A DNA stretch of 40,277 nucleotides from positions 3,859 through 44,135 of the forward strand of contig JAKLFS010000001.1 of assembly GCA_022711075.1 (NCBI GenBank). The letters run 5' to 3'. Positions 16,965 through 26,797 of the stretch are shown one piece after another (position 1 is the stretch's first letter; every line of letters starts with the position of its first letter). The notes beneath the pieces were generated by a model. The model was not told the origin of the DNA. It did not search any database and saw only the letters and a list, made by a program, of their open reading frames with translations. The position numbers and the translations under genes are program-made. This DNA comes from Patescibacteria group bacterium. GTDB lineage: Bacteria > Patescibacteriota > Minisyncoccia > UBA6257 > JAAZHW01.

Positions 16965-17579
16965 ATGAAGAAAAGGAAAAAAACAATTAAATTCTGGCTT
17001 TTGATTATTATCCCCCTGTTCATTCTAATCGGCGGCGCTTTGTTTTTCATTCAAAAAACCAACGGCAACTTACAAGAAGATTTAAACACTACCGGAAATA
17101 AAATTTCCAATTTAATTAACCAGATAAATTTGCTGGCTTCGCAAAGCAACGATCAATTAGGGCTAATTCAAGCTAAACAAAAAGGCGGCGATGTGAAAGC
17201 GGCTTTAGATTTGGTCATTATAGAAAAAGAACATAATCGTCAGATTAACGAATCCTCCATCCAGCTGACCGAAGAATTAAAAAAGCTGACCCAATTATTA
17301 TTAAAGGTTTCCGATGTTGCTGAACAAGAAAAAATTGAGACTGCCATTCAATATCAAGTCAACGCTATCAGCCACTTATTGAATTACGGGGCCGGCGTGG
17401 ATGCCTTGCTCCAAGAATTGGCGCTGCAATATGAATCCGCTTTGGATAATAGAACGTATGAACCGAAAGAAAATATTGACGAGCTTTACGCCTTAATCCA
17501 ACAAGAGATCGCAACAGCCAACACTAATAGCCAAAAATTCTTAGAATCTTTGGCAGAAGTAAAAAATGAAGAAAACTAA
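16965..17579 (+). CDS. Membrane-anchored, predicted helical/coiled-coil protein of unknown function
   Basis: MKKRKKTIKFWLLIIIPLFILIGG, then a Q/E/L-rich sequence. The ATG at 16965 is preferred over the TTG at 16893. An extended -10 (TGCTACAAT, 16944-16952) lies 12 nt upstream. Overlaps gpmI by 14 nt. Confidence 0.6.
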   Translation: MKKRKKTIKFWLLIIIPLFILIGGALFFIQKTNGNLQEDLNTTGNKISNLINQINLLASQSNDQLGLIQAKQKGGDVKAALDLVIIEKEHNRQINESSIQLTEELKKLTQLLLKVSDVAEQEKIETAIQYQVNAISHLLNYGAGVDALLQELALQYESALDNRTYEPKENIDELYALIQQEIATANTNSQKFLESLAEVKNEEN

Positions 17580-19155
17580 TGTTTTAATAATCCTTGATGG
17601 CTGGGGCATAGGGCCGCACGATGACACTAACCCGATTTATCGCAGCCAAAAGCCGACCATTGATTATTTCCAAAAAAATTATCCGATGATGAGCCTGCAA
17701 GCCGCTGGCATTGCCGTAGGTTTGCCTTGGGGCGAGCCGGGAAACAGCGAAGTCGGACACCTGACCCTGGGCGCCGGAAGGGTCATCTACCAGCACTATC
17801 CCCGCATTAGTTTGGCCGTTCGCAACGGCGAATTCTTCAAAAACACGGCTTTCAACGAAGCCTTTGATTATGAAAAGAAAACTAATGGCAGCATCCATAT
17901 CTTGGGACTGCTTTCCAGCGGCAATGTCCATTCGTCTTATGAACATCTGCAGGCCTTAATTAAAATGGCTTCTTTAAAGAGGGCAAAAAATGTTTATTTC
18001 CATCTTTTCACTGATGGCCGCGATTCGGGGCCGCAATCCGGACGCGACTTAACGAAAAAATTCCTGGAAGATTTAAAAAAAGCCGGGGTCGGACAATTGG
18101 CCAGCTTGAGCGGACGCTACTATGCTTTGGATCGCACAAAAAACTGGCAGAACACAAAACAAATTTACGACCTGCTCACCCAGGGAAAAGCTAAAATTGA
18201 ACCAAACATTGATAAAATCTTCGATCTCTATTACGGCCGCAAACTTTCCGACTCCTACATTGAACCGACGCTCATCGCCGATCCGCAAAAGCCCGAAGAA
18301 TTTCCGCTCGTCAAAGACGGTGATAGCTTAATCTTTTTCGATTTCCGCGAAGACAGCATCCGCCAAATGGTGGCGCCGTTTGCCCTCAAAGATTTTCCGG
18401 AATTTGAACGGCTCCCCTTTCCCAACCTGAAAATCACTACCATGACCGAATATGACACAAACTTTGACGTCAGCGTCGCCTTCAAGCCGCAAAAAATAGA
18501 AAAAACGCTAACCACGGTTCTTAATGAAAGAGAATTAAAACAATTGAAAATAGCGGAAACAGAAAAATATTACCATCTGACCTTTTTCTTCAACGGCTTA
18601 ACTGATAAAATTTTCTCTAATGAATTCCGCATCATGCTTCCCTCCAAAGAAACTCCCCGCCCCGACGAAGCGCCGGAAATGCGCGCTTTGGAGATAACCG
18701 ACAGATTGATTCTGGCGCTCCAGGAAAAAACCTATGATTTTATCGCCATCAATTATGCCAACCCCGATACCATGGCCCACACCGGAAACTATCAAGCCAC
18801 CGTCAAAGCAATTGAAATAATTGACGACCAGTTAAAACAAGTTTACAAAGTGGCCAAAGAAACCGGCGCCACCCTGGTCATTACCTCGGATCACGGCAAT
18901 GCCGAAAAATTGTATGATACGGCCACCGGCGAAATAGAAACCAACCACAACGGTAATCCCGTTCCGTTTTATCTGATTGACGAAAAATTCAAATTGGCAA
19001 AAGAAAGAAACGAGGAAGAAATTTACGCCTTGGAACGGACGACCGATGGAGTAATCTGTGACGTCGCGCCGACCATTTTAGAATTAATGAACATCCCCAT
19101 TCCCGAAGAAATGTCCGGAAAAAGTCTCATCAAATATCTGAACTTGGAAAAATAA
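17566..19155 (+). CDS. gpmI: 2,3-bisphosphoglycerate-independent phosphoglycerate mutase
   Basis: LIILDGWG..., NSEVGHLTLGAGR, FTDGRD, and TSDHGNAE motifs; 529 aa. Confidence 0.92.
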   Translation: MKKTNVLIILDGWGIGPHDDTNPIYRSQKPTIDYFQKNYPMMSLQAAGIAVGLPWGEPGNSEVGHLTLGAGRVIYQHYPRISLAVRNGEFFKNTAFNEAFDYEKKTNGSIHILGLLSSGNVHSSYEHLQALIKMASLKRAKNVYFHLFTDGRDSGPQSGRDLTKKFLEDLKKAGVGQLASLSGRYYALDRTKNWQNTKQIYDLLTQGKAKIEPNIDKIFDLYYGRKLSDSYIEPTLIADPQKPEEFPLVKDGDSLIFFDFREDSIRQMVAPFALKDFPEFERLPFPNLKITTMTEYDTNFDVSVAFKPQKIEKTLTTVLNERELKQLKIAETEKYYHLTFFFNGLTDKIFSNEFRIMLPSKETPRPDEAPEMRALEITDRLILALQEKTYDFIAINYANPDTMAHTGNYQATVKAIEIIDDQLKQVYKVAKETGATLVITSDHGNAEKLYDTATGEIETNHNGNPVPFYLIDEKFKLAKERNEEEIYALERTTDGVICDVAPTILELMNIPIPEEMSGKSLIKYLNLEK

Positions 19156-19158
19156 AAT

Positions 19159-21585
19159 ATGAAATACAACTGTGATAAAATAGAAAAAAAATGGATGCAA
19201 GAATGGAGCAAAAACAACTACGCCGATTGGAAACCAACGGAGAACGCTAAAAAGAAAAAGAAATATGTTTTGGATATGTTCCCTTACCCGTCTGGCGACG
19301 GCCTTCATGTCGGTCACGTGGAAAATTACGCGGCCACCGATATTTACAGCCGCTACTCTCGGATGAAAGGGTTCAACGTCTTACATCCGATGGGCTGGGA
19401 TGCTTTTGGCTTGCCGGCAGAAAATTACGCCATCAAAACCAAACAACATCCAGCTCAAGTCGTGGAAAAAAACATCAAAGTTTTCCGCAGGCAAATTGAA
19501 CGCCTGGGCTTATCTTATGACTGGAACAGAAAAATCAATACCACTGACCCGAAATATTATAAATGGACGCAATGGATATTTTTACAACTTTTTAAACACG
19601 GTTTGGCTTATGAAAAAGAGGCGCCGATTAACTGGTGCCCGTCCTGTAAAACCGGATTGGCTAATGAAGAGGTGGTGGAGGGAAAATGCGACCGTTGCGG
19701 CACACCGGTAGAAAGAAAAAAATTGAAACAATGGTGGTTGAAAATCACCGCTTACGCCGAAAGGCTCTTAAGCGGATTGGACCAATTAGATTGGCCAAAT
19801 AGCATCAAAGAAATGCAAAAAAATTGGATTGGCCGATCCGAAGGCAGTTTAATAAAATTCAAGCTTAAAAGCGGAGACGTGAACATCGGTGAAATTGAAG
19901 TTTTCACAACCCGAGCCGATACTCTTTTCGGCGCCACTTATTTGGTGCTCTCGCCGGAACACCCCATTATTAATATCCTGAAAAATCATGCTGACAATGC
20001 TAAGGAAATTGACAGATATATTAACGAAGCTCGGCAGAAATCCGATATGGAACGCATGGACCCGACCAAAACAAAAACCGGCGTAGAAATAAAAAACATC
20101 CAAGCCATCAACCCGGCTAACAACCAACTACTTCCTCTTTGGATCTCCGATTATGTCTTGGTTCATTATGGAACCGGCGCCATTATGGCTGTGCCGGCTC
20201 ATGATGAACGTGATTTCGAATTCGCCAAAAAATTCGGCTTAAAAATAATTGAGGTTATCAGCCCTGACCAAAAAGAACATCAGCTTAACGCCGCTTACAC
20301 CGGACCGGGATACTTGCTTAACTCCGGACCCTTTAACGGCTTGGACAGTGAAATAGCCCAGGATAAAATCAGCCTGTTCATTGGAGCGAAAAAATCAGTA
20401 TTCTATAAAATGCGCGATTGGGTTTTTTCCCGGCAACGCTATTGGGGAGAACCGATCCCCATTATCAAATGCCCGAAATGCGGTAATGTCCCGCTTTCTG
20501 AAAAAGACCTCCCCTTGACCCTACCTAAAGTTAAATCATACGAACCGTCTGGTACCGGAGAATCGCCGCTCGCCGCCATCAGCTCTTGGGTAAATGTCAA
20601 ATGCCCAAAATGCGGCGGTCCGGCTAAACGCGAGACCAACACTATGCCGCAATGGGCTGGCTCTTGCTGGTATTACTTGAGATACATTGACCCCAAAAAC
20701 AGCAAACAACTCGTTGACCCCAAAAAAGAAAAAAAATGGATGCCTGTTGATTTGTATATGGGAGGCGCAGAACATGCAGTGCTCCACCTTCTTTATGCCC
20801 GCTTTTGGCATAAATTCCTTAATGACAGCGGCGTTGTTTCCACCGACGAGCCGTTTCAAAAACTGATTAATCAGGGTACAATTTTGGGCGCCAACAACGA
20901 AAAAATGTCCAAATCGCGCGGCAACGCGGTTAATCCCGATGATATTGTCAAACAATACGGCGCCGATGCCCTGAGACTCTATGAAATGTTTATGGGCCCG
21001 CTCCAAGCGGCCAAGCCCTGGAACACCGAAGGCATTAACGGCGTTTCCCGATTCTTAAACCGCATTTGGAATTTATTCTCAGCTCAAATAAAAATAAACG
21101 GCGGAGAAAAAAACAATCCGACAACTGCCAAGACTATTAACCAGACAATCAAAAAAGTTACGGAAGACCTAGAAAATCTGGATTACAATACCGCCATCAG
21201 CGCTCTAATGGAATGCCTCAATGCCCTAACGGCTAAAGAGGGAGTAAAAATAAAAAAATCCCACTTGGAAGATTTCCTCCGGCTGCTGGCGCCGCTGGCC
21301 CCCTTTATAACAGAAGAACTCTGGCATCAAATGGGGCACAAAACTTCCGTTCACAAAGAAAGGTGGCCAAAATATAACAAAAAAATGTTAAGAGAAAAAG
21401 AGTTTGATTTGATCATTCAAATCAACGGAAAAGTCCGCGATAAAGTAAAGGCAATGGTTGATATCAATCAAGGCGAAGCGGAGAGAATGGCCCTTAATCG
21501 AGAAAAAATAAAAAAAATATTAACCGGCAACCATCCTAAAAAGATAATCTATATCCCGAATCGCCTCATTAATATCGTAATTTAG
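19159..21585 (+). CDS. leuS: Leucyl-tRNA synthetase
   Basis: HVGH (HIGH) motif, KMSKS, the CP1 editing region and zinc-finger cysteines; 808 aa. Confidence 0.95.
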   Translation: MKYNCDKIEKKWMQEWSKNNYADWKPTENAKKKKKYVLDMFPYPSGDGLHVGHVENYAATDIYSRYSRMKGFNVLHPMGWDAFGLPAENYAIKTKQHPAQVVEKNIKVFRRQIERLGLSYDWNRKINTTDPKYYKWTQWIFLQLFKHGLAYEKEAPINWCPSCKTGLANEEVVEGKCDRCGTPVERKKLKQWWLKITAYAERLLSGLDQLDWPNSIKEMQKNWIGRSEGSLIKFKLKSGDVNIGEIEVFTTRADTLFGATYLVLSPEHPIINILKNHADNAKEIDRYINEARQKSDMERMDPTKTKTGVEIKNIQAINPANNQLLPLWISDYVLVHYGTGAIMAVPAHDERDFEFAKKFGLKIIEVISPDQKEHQLNAAYTGPGYLLNSGPFNGLDSEIAQDKISLFIGAKKSVFYKMRDWVFSRQRYWGEPIPIIKCPKCGNVPLSEKDLPLTLPKVKSYEPSGTGESPLAAISSWVNVKCPKCGGPAKRETNTMPQWAGSCWYYLRYIDPKNSKQLVDPKKEKKWMPVDLYMGGAEHAVLHLLYARFWHKFLNDSGVVSTDEPFQKLINQGTILGANNEKMSKSRGNAVNPDDIVKQYGADALRLYEMFMGPLQAAKPWNTEGINGVSRFLNRIWNLFSAQIKINGGEKNNPTTAKTINQTIKKVTEDLENLDYNTAISALMECLNALTAKEGVKIKKSHLEDFLRLLAPLAPFITEELWHQMGHKTSVHKERWPKYNKKMLREKEFDLIIQINGKVRDKVKAMVDINQGEAERMALNREKIKKILTGNHPKKIIYIPNRLINIVI

Positions 21586-21595
21586 CTCAGGTAAT

Positions 21596-21625
21596 AAAAA
21601 GACCCGCCTCAGGCGGGTCTTTTTA
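21596..21625. terminator. Bidirectional intrinsic terminator shared by the convergent leuS and folD genes
   Basis: gacccgcc-tcag-ggcgggtc stem at 21601-21620, flanked by A-runs and T-runs. Confidence 0.8.
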
Positions 21626-22450
21626 TTCTTTTTCTTTGTTCATTAAATCCCGAAGGTTTTGAAAGAGCGCCGCAACCAATAGCGGCCCAGTACCGCCGGG
21701 AGTCGGCGTGATTAAGCTACTGCGCTTTTTTACTTTTTCAAAATCCACATCGCCTTTGATTTTTCCGTTTTTTAGACCGTAACCGAAATCAATCACCACC
21801 GCCCCCTTTTTAATCATTTTTTTTGTAATTAAGCCCGGCTCTCCAACGCCCGAAATTAGAATATCGGCTTTTTTTGCTATTTTTTCCGGCTGTTTGGTAA
21901 ATTCATTTATAATAAAAACGGTTGCTTTTTCTTGTGTCAACCAATTAGCCACTGTCAAACCAACTAATCGGCCAGCGCCGAAAACAGCACAAACTTTTCC
22001 TTGAGGATTAATGCCGTACTTTTCCAGAATGATTTTTACGACTTCGGCAGCTGGCGGAATTATTTTGAAGCGTCCGGTCAAAAAAGCGCCAAAACTCCTT
22101 TCATTCAATAAATCCGGGTCCTTCTCAACGGGAATGGCGTTTAGTAAATACTGAACATTAAATTTTTTAGGCAACGGCAACTGAATGATAACGCCCTTAA
22201 TGAAATCGCGCCTCACAATTTCTCCTATTTTAGCTCTCAAAAATTTATTGGAAACATCGGAAGTAAAGTTAAAATGCAAAAACTCAATACCCAAAACGCC
22301 GGCCACCCGAGACTTCTCTTTGATAAAACTGGAACTGGCCGGATTGTCTCCGACCGAAATAACCGCCAAAGCGGTTTTTCGGACGGCAAAAAAAGGCTTT
22401 AAATCATCGAGAACCTCTCTCGCTAAATTTTTACCATCGACAATGACCAT
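21623..22450 (-). CDS. folD: Bifunctional methylenetetrahydrofolate dehydrogenase/cyclohydrolase
   Basis: 275 aa; VIIQLPLP, GAGRLVG (Rossmann) and TPTPGGTGP motifs. Confidence 0.9.
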   Translation of the reverse strand: MVIVDGKNLAREVLDDLKPFFAVRKTALAVISVGDNPASSSFIKEKSRVAGVLGIEFLHFNFTSDVSNKFLRAKIGEIVRRDFIKGVIIQLPLPKKFNVQYLLNAIPVEKDPDLLNERSFGAFLTGRFKIIPPAAEVVKIILEKYGINPQGKVCAVFGAGRLVGLTVANWLTQEKATVFIINEFTKQPEKIAKKADILISGVGEPGLITKKMIKKGAVVIDFGYGLKNGKIKGDVDFEKVKKRSSLITPTPGGTGPLLVAALFQNLRDLMNKEKE

Positions 22451-22461
22451 AATCTAAAAAT

Positions 22462-22923
22462 TTAACGGTAAGTTAAACTGGTTACGGTGCCGTTGGTAAA
22501 AATTAGTTGCCGAACATCAAATTCATCCAAGCGCTTTTTCCAGTCTAAATCGGAAAGGCTAATTTCCCAATAATGGCCGCCGGCGTTAACGTAATTATCA
22601 ATTGAAGCAACCAAAACCGTATTGCCCGTTTCTTGAAACCCGATTTGGATATTTCCCGCCTCCGCGATTAAAAGCAGGGCATCTCGCAAGTTTAATCCTT
22701 GACCGGCCACCTCGCCTTCAAAAATACGTTTTTGGCCATTACCGTAATCTAAAATAACCTTTGCCACTTTCGAATTTTGCGCGAAATCTTTCGCCCTACT
22801 ATTCAATCGGCTGTTTAGCAGGAGAAAATAAGAATCAAAAATCAAACTGGCGATAAAAAGCAAAATAACCAGCGTTAAAATCGTTCGGAAGAGACCGTGG
22901 GAAATTTCACTGTTTTTTTGCAT
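22462..22923 (-). CDS. Membrane-anchored protein with a DUF4430-like (transcobalamin-like) domain
   Basis: N-terminal TM, then ...LNLRDALLLIAEAG...VASIDNYVNAGGHYWEISL...; the ATG at 22923 is preferred over the TTG at 22941. Confidence 0.5.
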   Translation of the reverse strand: MQKNSEISHGLFRTILTLVILLFIASLIFDSYFLLLNSRLNSRAKDFAQNSKVAKVILDYGNGQKRIFEGEVAGQGLNLRDALLLIAEAGNIQIGFQETGNTVLVASIDNYVNAGGHYWEISLSDLDWKKRLDEFDVRQLIFTNGTVTSLTYR

Positions 22924-22959
22924 ATTATGACTGAAACACAAAAGCCGACTATTTTTTAT

Positions 22960-23874
22960 TTAAACGTTAAATAAAGAAAAATAAAAGTTCGTTAGTGTTT
23001 GACCGAAAAAGAAAACGGCCAAAACGCCCAGAGCTAAAAAGGGGCCAAAGGGAACGGCATCCTTCAATTTCTTTTTCGTCGCAAGAACAATGATTAGAGA
23101 AACGAAGGCGCCAATTATAAAAGAAAGACCCAAACCGATTAAACCGGCGCCAAGACCAAGCATTAAACCGATTAAAATCGCCAGCTTAACGTCGCCGAAA
23201 CCCATTGCCTTGCCGCGGCTAAAAGCATAAATTAAAAAAAGGATGATGGACAAAATAAATGCTCCTGCCAAAGCTGAGGTTAAAACGTTAAAATGAATGT
23301 TGACCACGTCAGCATAGGGACCCAAAAAATTCAAGCCGTGCACGGGAAATAAACTGCCTCGCGTTAGGCTCAAAAAATAAAAACTCAAATTGGCCAGCAG
23401 AGAAATAGCGATGGCCGGAAAAACTATTTTATCAGGCAAAAGATAATGACGCAGATCAATTATTGATAAGGCGATGAGAACGGCTGCGTAAAAAAGCCAA
23501 ATAAGAATGACTGCGACTACCCAAAAATTTGTCCGCGGATCGGAAAAAAAATAATGAGCGAAAAAATTAAAATCAAGAATGCGCCAGGTTACGCCCGCAA
23601 AGATTAAAGCCGTCAGCCCCTCCACCAGCGGATACTGCCAAATAAGCTTCTTGCGACAATAACGACAGCGACCACGCAAAAAAATAAAGCTTAGGATTGG
23701 AATAAGCTCAAACCATTTCAACTGTTGGCCGCAACGCAAACAGTGGGAACGACCCCTGACGATTTTTATAACCTGAGTATCTTCCGCGGGGTTCCAGCGC
23801 AAAGTAAGGACATTGATAAAGCTGCCCACCACCAAGCCCAGAAGCCCCGCAAAGATAATAAGAAGATAAGACAT
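22960..23874 (-). CDS. pilD: Prepilin peptidase / N-methyltransferase (A24 family)
   Basis: GSFINVL, CLRCGQQL...CRYCRKKL and GFGDVKL motifs; multi-TM. Confidence 0.9.
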   Translation of the reverse strand: MSYLLIIFAGLLGLVVGSFINVLTLRWNPAEDTQVIKIVRGRSHCLRCGQQLKWFELIPILSFIFLRGRCRYCRKKLIWQYPLVEGLTALIFAGVTWRILDFNFFAHYFFSDPRTNFWVVAVILIWLFYAAVLIALSIIDLRHYLLPDKIVFPAIAISLLANLSFYFLSLTRGSLFPVHGLNFLGPYADVVNIHFNVLTSALAGAFILSIILFLIYAFSRGKAMGFGDVKLAILIGLMLGLGAGLIGLGLSFIIGAFVSLIIVLATKKKLKDAVPFGPFLALGVLAVFFFGQTLTNFYFSLFNV

Positions 23875-23897
23875 GCGATTTTTACGCTAAATTGCTT

Positions 23898-24377
23898 TTA
23901 GAATTGAACGCAATAAACGCCGTCAGCTCCGCAGTCGATTCCAAAATCGCAAGAGCCGGAACTGGTTCCCTGAGCGCTATCTTTAAGCGCCTGATTGCCC
24001 GTATCTTCCAAGGTCGCTGCCACGACATAATTCTGGCCGAGGTTGCAATCTTGATAATAGTAAGAAATTCCGTTATCGTCAGTCGCCAAAGGATCCTGAG
24101 GCACCTGATTCAAGCCGATCCCCGCTCCGGTAATTGAGGCCGTCAAAGCCGTCCATTTTTGGCTGGCGCTGCCAGCGGGCGCAGTGGGATAAGAAGAATT
24201 ACGAGTATAATAAATCTCCAAAGCGTTTTGCACCTGTTTCAGATCGGAAACCCTTCTGGCATCCCTGCCCCTTGAACGAAATTGGCTAAGACCAACTAAA
24301 ATCAAAGAAGATAAAATTCCGATAATAGCCACAACTATCAACATTTCGATTAAAGTAAAACCCTTTTGTTTTTTCAT
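23898..24377 (-). CDS. pilA: Type IV pilin, candidate major pilin of locus 2
   Basis: MKKQKG|FTLIEMLIVVAIIGIL with Glu5; C-terminal cysteines. Confidence 0.85.
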   Translation of the reverse strand: MKKQKGFTLIEMLIVVAIIGILSSLILVGLSQFRSRGRDARRVSDLKQVQNALEIYYTRNSSYPTAPAGSASQKWTALTASITGAGIGLNQVPQDPLATDDNGISYYYQDCNLGQNYVVAATLEDTGNQALKDSAQGTSSGSCDFGIDCGADGVYCVQF

Positions 24378-24459
24378 AATTAATATGTATTAAACGACCT
24401 TTTTATTCTGCAAATAAGATCCGGGAAATAATTTGCCCTTCGTCTTATTCAAAAATTAA

Positions 24460-25671
24460 CTAAAAGACCGAGGCCAAGTTATAAATTGGCAAAAGTACGG
24501 CCCCGACGAACAAGCCAATGAATAATCCCAGAACAACGATAATAGCCGGCTGAACCATTTCCACCAAATTGTTAATGGAATTCTGGACCTCCTCATTGTA
24601 GAAAGAGGAAACTTTATCCAGCAAAGTGTCTAACTGCCCGGAAGTTTCGCCGATCGCCACCATTTGCGTCACGAGCGGCGGGAAATATTCGGGATAACGA
24701 CTGAGGCTGGCGGAAATCGTTCCGCCCCGTCTGATTTCCTCGGCCGTCTCATTCAAAACTCTGCGATACACTTGATTACTGACTACGCGCGCGGAAATTT
24801 CCAAGGAATCGGTCACCGATATTCCACCCTTCAAAAGCACGCTGGTCGAGGTCGCAAAACGGGTAATGGCCGTCTTCTTAATCAAGGTGCCGAACAGGGG
24901 AATGCCCACTGTTAATTCATCCCAAACCGGCTTTCCTTCGTCGCTTCTGAAATAACGAACAGCGACAACAACGGCCACAACTAAAACGATTAAAAGCGCC
25001 CAGCCCCAAGAAGACATAAAAGTACCAAGCCCCATCAAAACTCTGGTCAGAAATGGCAATTGCACATTCACTTCGGAAAAAATAGAACGCATCTGCGGCA
25101 TTACCACCGTTAAGATTAAAATCATCACCGCAATAAAAATTCCTATGACGAAAACCGGATAAATCATCGCGCTTTTAACACGACTGGATAAGCGCATTTC
25201 TTTTTCCAGATAATCAGCCATAAAGAGCAGGGTTTCTTCCAAGCGACCGGAAACTTCAGCGGAACGCACCATGTTCACGTAAAAATCGGAAAAGACTTTA
25301 GGATGCTTGGAAAGCGCTTGGGAAAAGTACAATCCCCCGTCAACATCGGTATAGACATCGAAAATCACGTCTTTCAGCGCCGGCGTGGAAATCTGTTTGT
25401 GCAAAGTTTTCAAAGAATCGGATAAGGCCACTTTGGCCGAAAGCAAAGTGCTTAATTGTCTGGTAAAAAGCATCAGCTCCTTTGGTTTGACTTTCTGGAA
25501 AAGACCGGAAAATTTGCCCCAAACATTCTTTTTCTCTAATGATTCCAGCGACAAAAGGTAAAGCTTGTTCTCCTGCAAAATTTTGATAGCCAAATCCCGG
25601 CTGGCGGCCTCCACCATGCCGGCTTGCGTTTCACCTAATTCATTTCTTGCGCTGTAACGGAATTTTGCCAT
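24460..25671 (-). CDS. pilC: Type IV pilus platform protein PilC (GspF family), copy 2
   Basis: MAKFRYSARNELGETQAG, duplicated GspF domains and three TM segments. Confidence 0.9.
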   Translation of the reverse strand: MAKFRYSARNELGETQAGMVEAASRDLAIKILQENKLYLLSLESLEKKNVWGKFSGLFQKVKPKELMLFTRQLSTLLSAKVALSDSLKTLHKQISTPALKDVIFDVYTDVDGGLYFSQALSKHPKVFSDFYVNMVRSAEVSGRLEETLLFMADYLEKEMRLSSRVKSAMIYPVFVIGIFIAVMILILTVVMPQMRSIFSEVNVQLPFLTRVLMGLGTFMSSWGWALLIVLVVAVVVAVRYFRSDEGKPVWDELTVGIPLFGTLIKKTAITRFATSTSVLLKGGISVTDSLEISARVVSNQVYRRVLNETAEEIRRGGTISASLSRYPEYFPPLVTQMVAIGETSGQLDTLLDKVSSFYNEEVQNSINNLVEMVQPAIIVVLGLFIGLFVGAVLLPIYNLASVF

Positions 25672-25677
25672 AGTTAT

Positions 25678-26754
25678 TTATCTCGCCAGCAAACTGCCCA
25701 ATTCCGCCGGATTCAACGAATACATTTGGGCACTTTCCAAAGAAATTTCTCCTTGGCGCACTAAGGCGGCCAGCGAACGATTTAAAGAAATCATTTTTTC
25801 TTGGATTCCGGTCTCAATCACCAGATCAATCTGATAAATTTTGTCCTCGCGAATCAGATTGCGAATAGCAGAATTGGTAATCATCACCTCGCAGGCAGGA
25901 ATGCGGCCGCCGGAAAGCCGCGGGATTAACCGCTGAGAAACAATGCCAACTAAAGTGGAGGCAATTTGAGATTTGATCTGGTTCTGCTGACCAGCCGGAA
26001 AACTGTCAATGATCCGATCCAAAGTTTGAGAAGCGGAATTAGTATGCAAAGTGGAAAACACCAAGTGACCGGTTTCGGCAGCCGTAATCGCTGTTTGAAT
26101 TGTTTCCGCATCGCGCATCTCGCCGATCATGATGACATCAGGATCCTGTCTTAAAACCGAACGTAAAGCCCGATGAAAACTCGGAGTATCGCTGGCCACT
26201 TCTCTTTGATCAATAATGCAACGGTCTTGATTAAAAACGTATTCAATCGGGTCTTCAATAGTAATAATATGGCTAGTCCGCTTATGATTTATCTCATCAA
26301 CCATGGCTGCCAAGCTCGTTGATTTTCCATGGCCAGCCGGACCAACCACAATCACAAACCCCTGCGACGGCTTAGTAAAATCATGGAGCACTGGCGGCAT
26401 ATTCAATTCTTCCAATGTTTTAATTCTAAAAGATATGAGACGCAAAGCGGCGGCCATATTCCCTCTCTGGAAATAAACGTTGACGCGAAAACGAGCTTTA
26501 TCGGTATAAGAATAAGAAAAATCCAATTCGCGATCTTTTAGAAATTGTTCCCGTCGCTGCTCCGGCACCAAAGCATAAACCATCCCCTCCACTACTTCTT
26601 TGGTAAAAACGTCTTCTTTGACTAAAGTCGTCAAACGTCCGTCGATTCTTAGAGTCGGCCGGCGGCCAACGGCAAAATGCAAATCCGAGGCATTTTCTTT
26701 AGCGGCCAAGGCCAATAATCCGTCTAACTTTTCTTTATAAAATGTGTTGTCCAT
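25678..26754 (-). CDS. pilT: Twitching-motility retraction ATPase PilT
   Basis: 358 aa; ASDLHF..., Walker A GPAGHGKST, and short PilT-type architecture without a GspE N-domain. Confidence 0.92.
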   Translation of the reverse strand: MDNTFYKEKLDGLLALAAKENASDLHFAVGRRPTLRIDGRLTTLVKEDVFTKEVVEGMVYALVPEQRREQFLKDRELDFSYSYTDKARFRVNVYFQRGNMAAALRLISFRIKTLEELNMPPVLHDFTKPSQGFVIVVGPAGHGKSTSLAAMVDEINHKRTSHIITIEDPIEYVFNQDRCIIDQREVASDTPSFHRALRSVLRQDPDVIMIGEMRDAETIQTAITAAETGHLVFSTLHTNSASQTLDRIIDSFPAGQQNQIKSQIASTLVGIVSQRLIPRLSGGRIPACEVMITNSAIRNLIREDKIYQIDLVIETGIQEKMISLNRSLAALVRQGEISLESAQMYSLNPAELGSLLAR

Positions 26755-26797
26755 AGTCTGTTATGATAATATTTTTTATTCGTCTAATTTTATTTAA

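Noticed and set aside
19156-19158. T-box leaders or riboswitches upstream of leuS, serS and lysS
   Set aside because: These genes start 0-3 nt after, or overlap, the preceding gene, so there is no room for a leader element.
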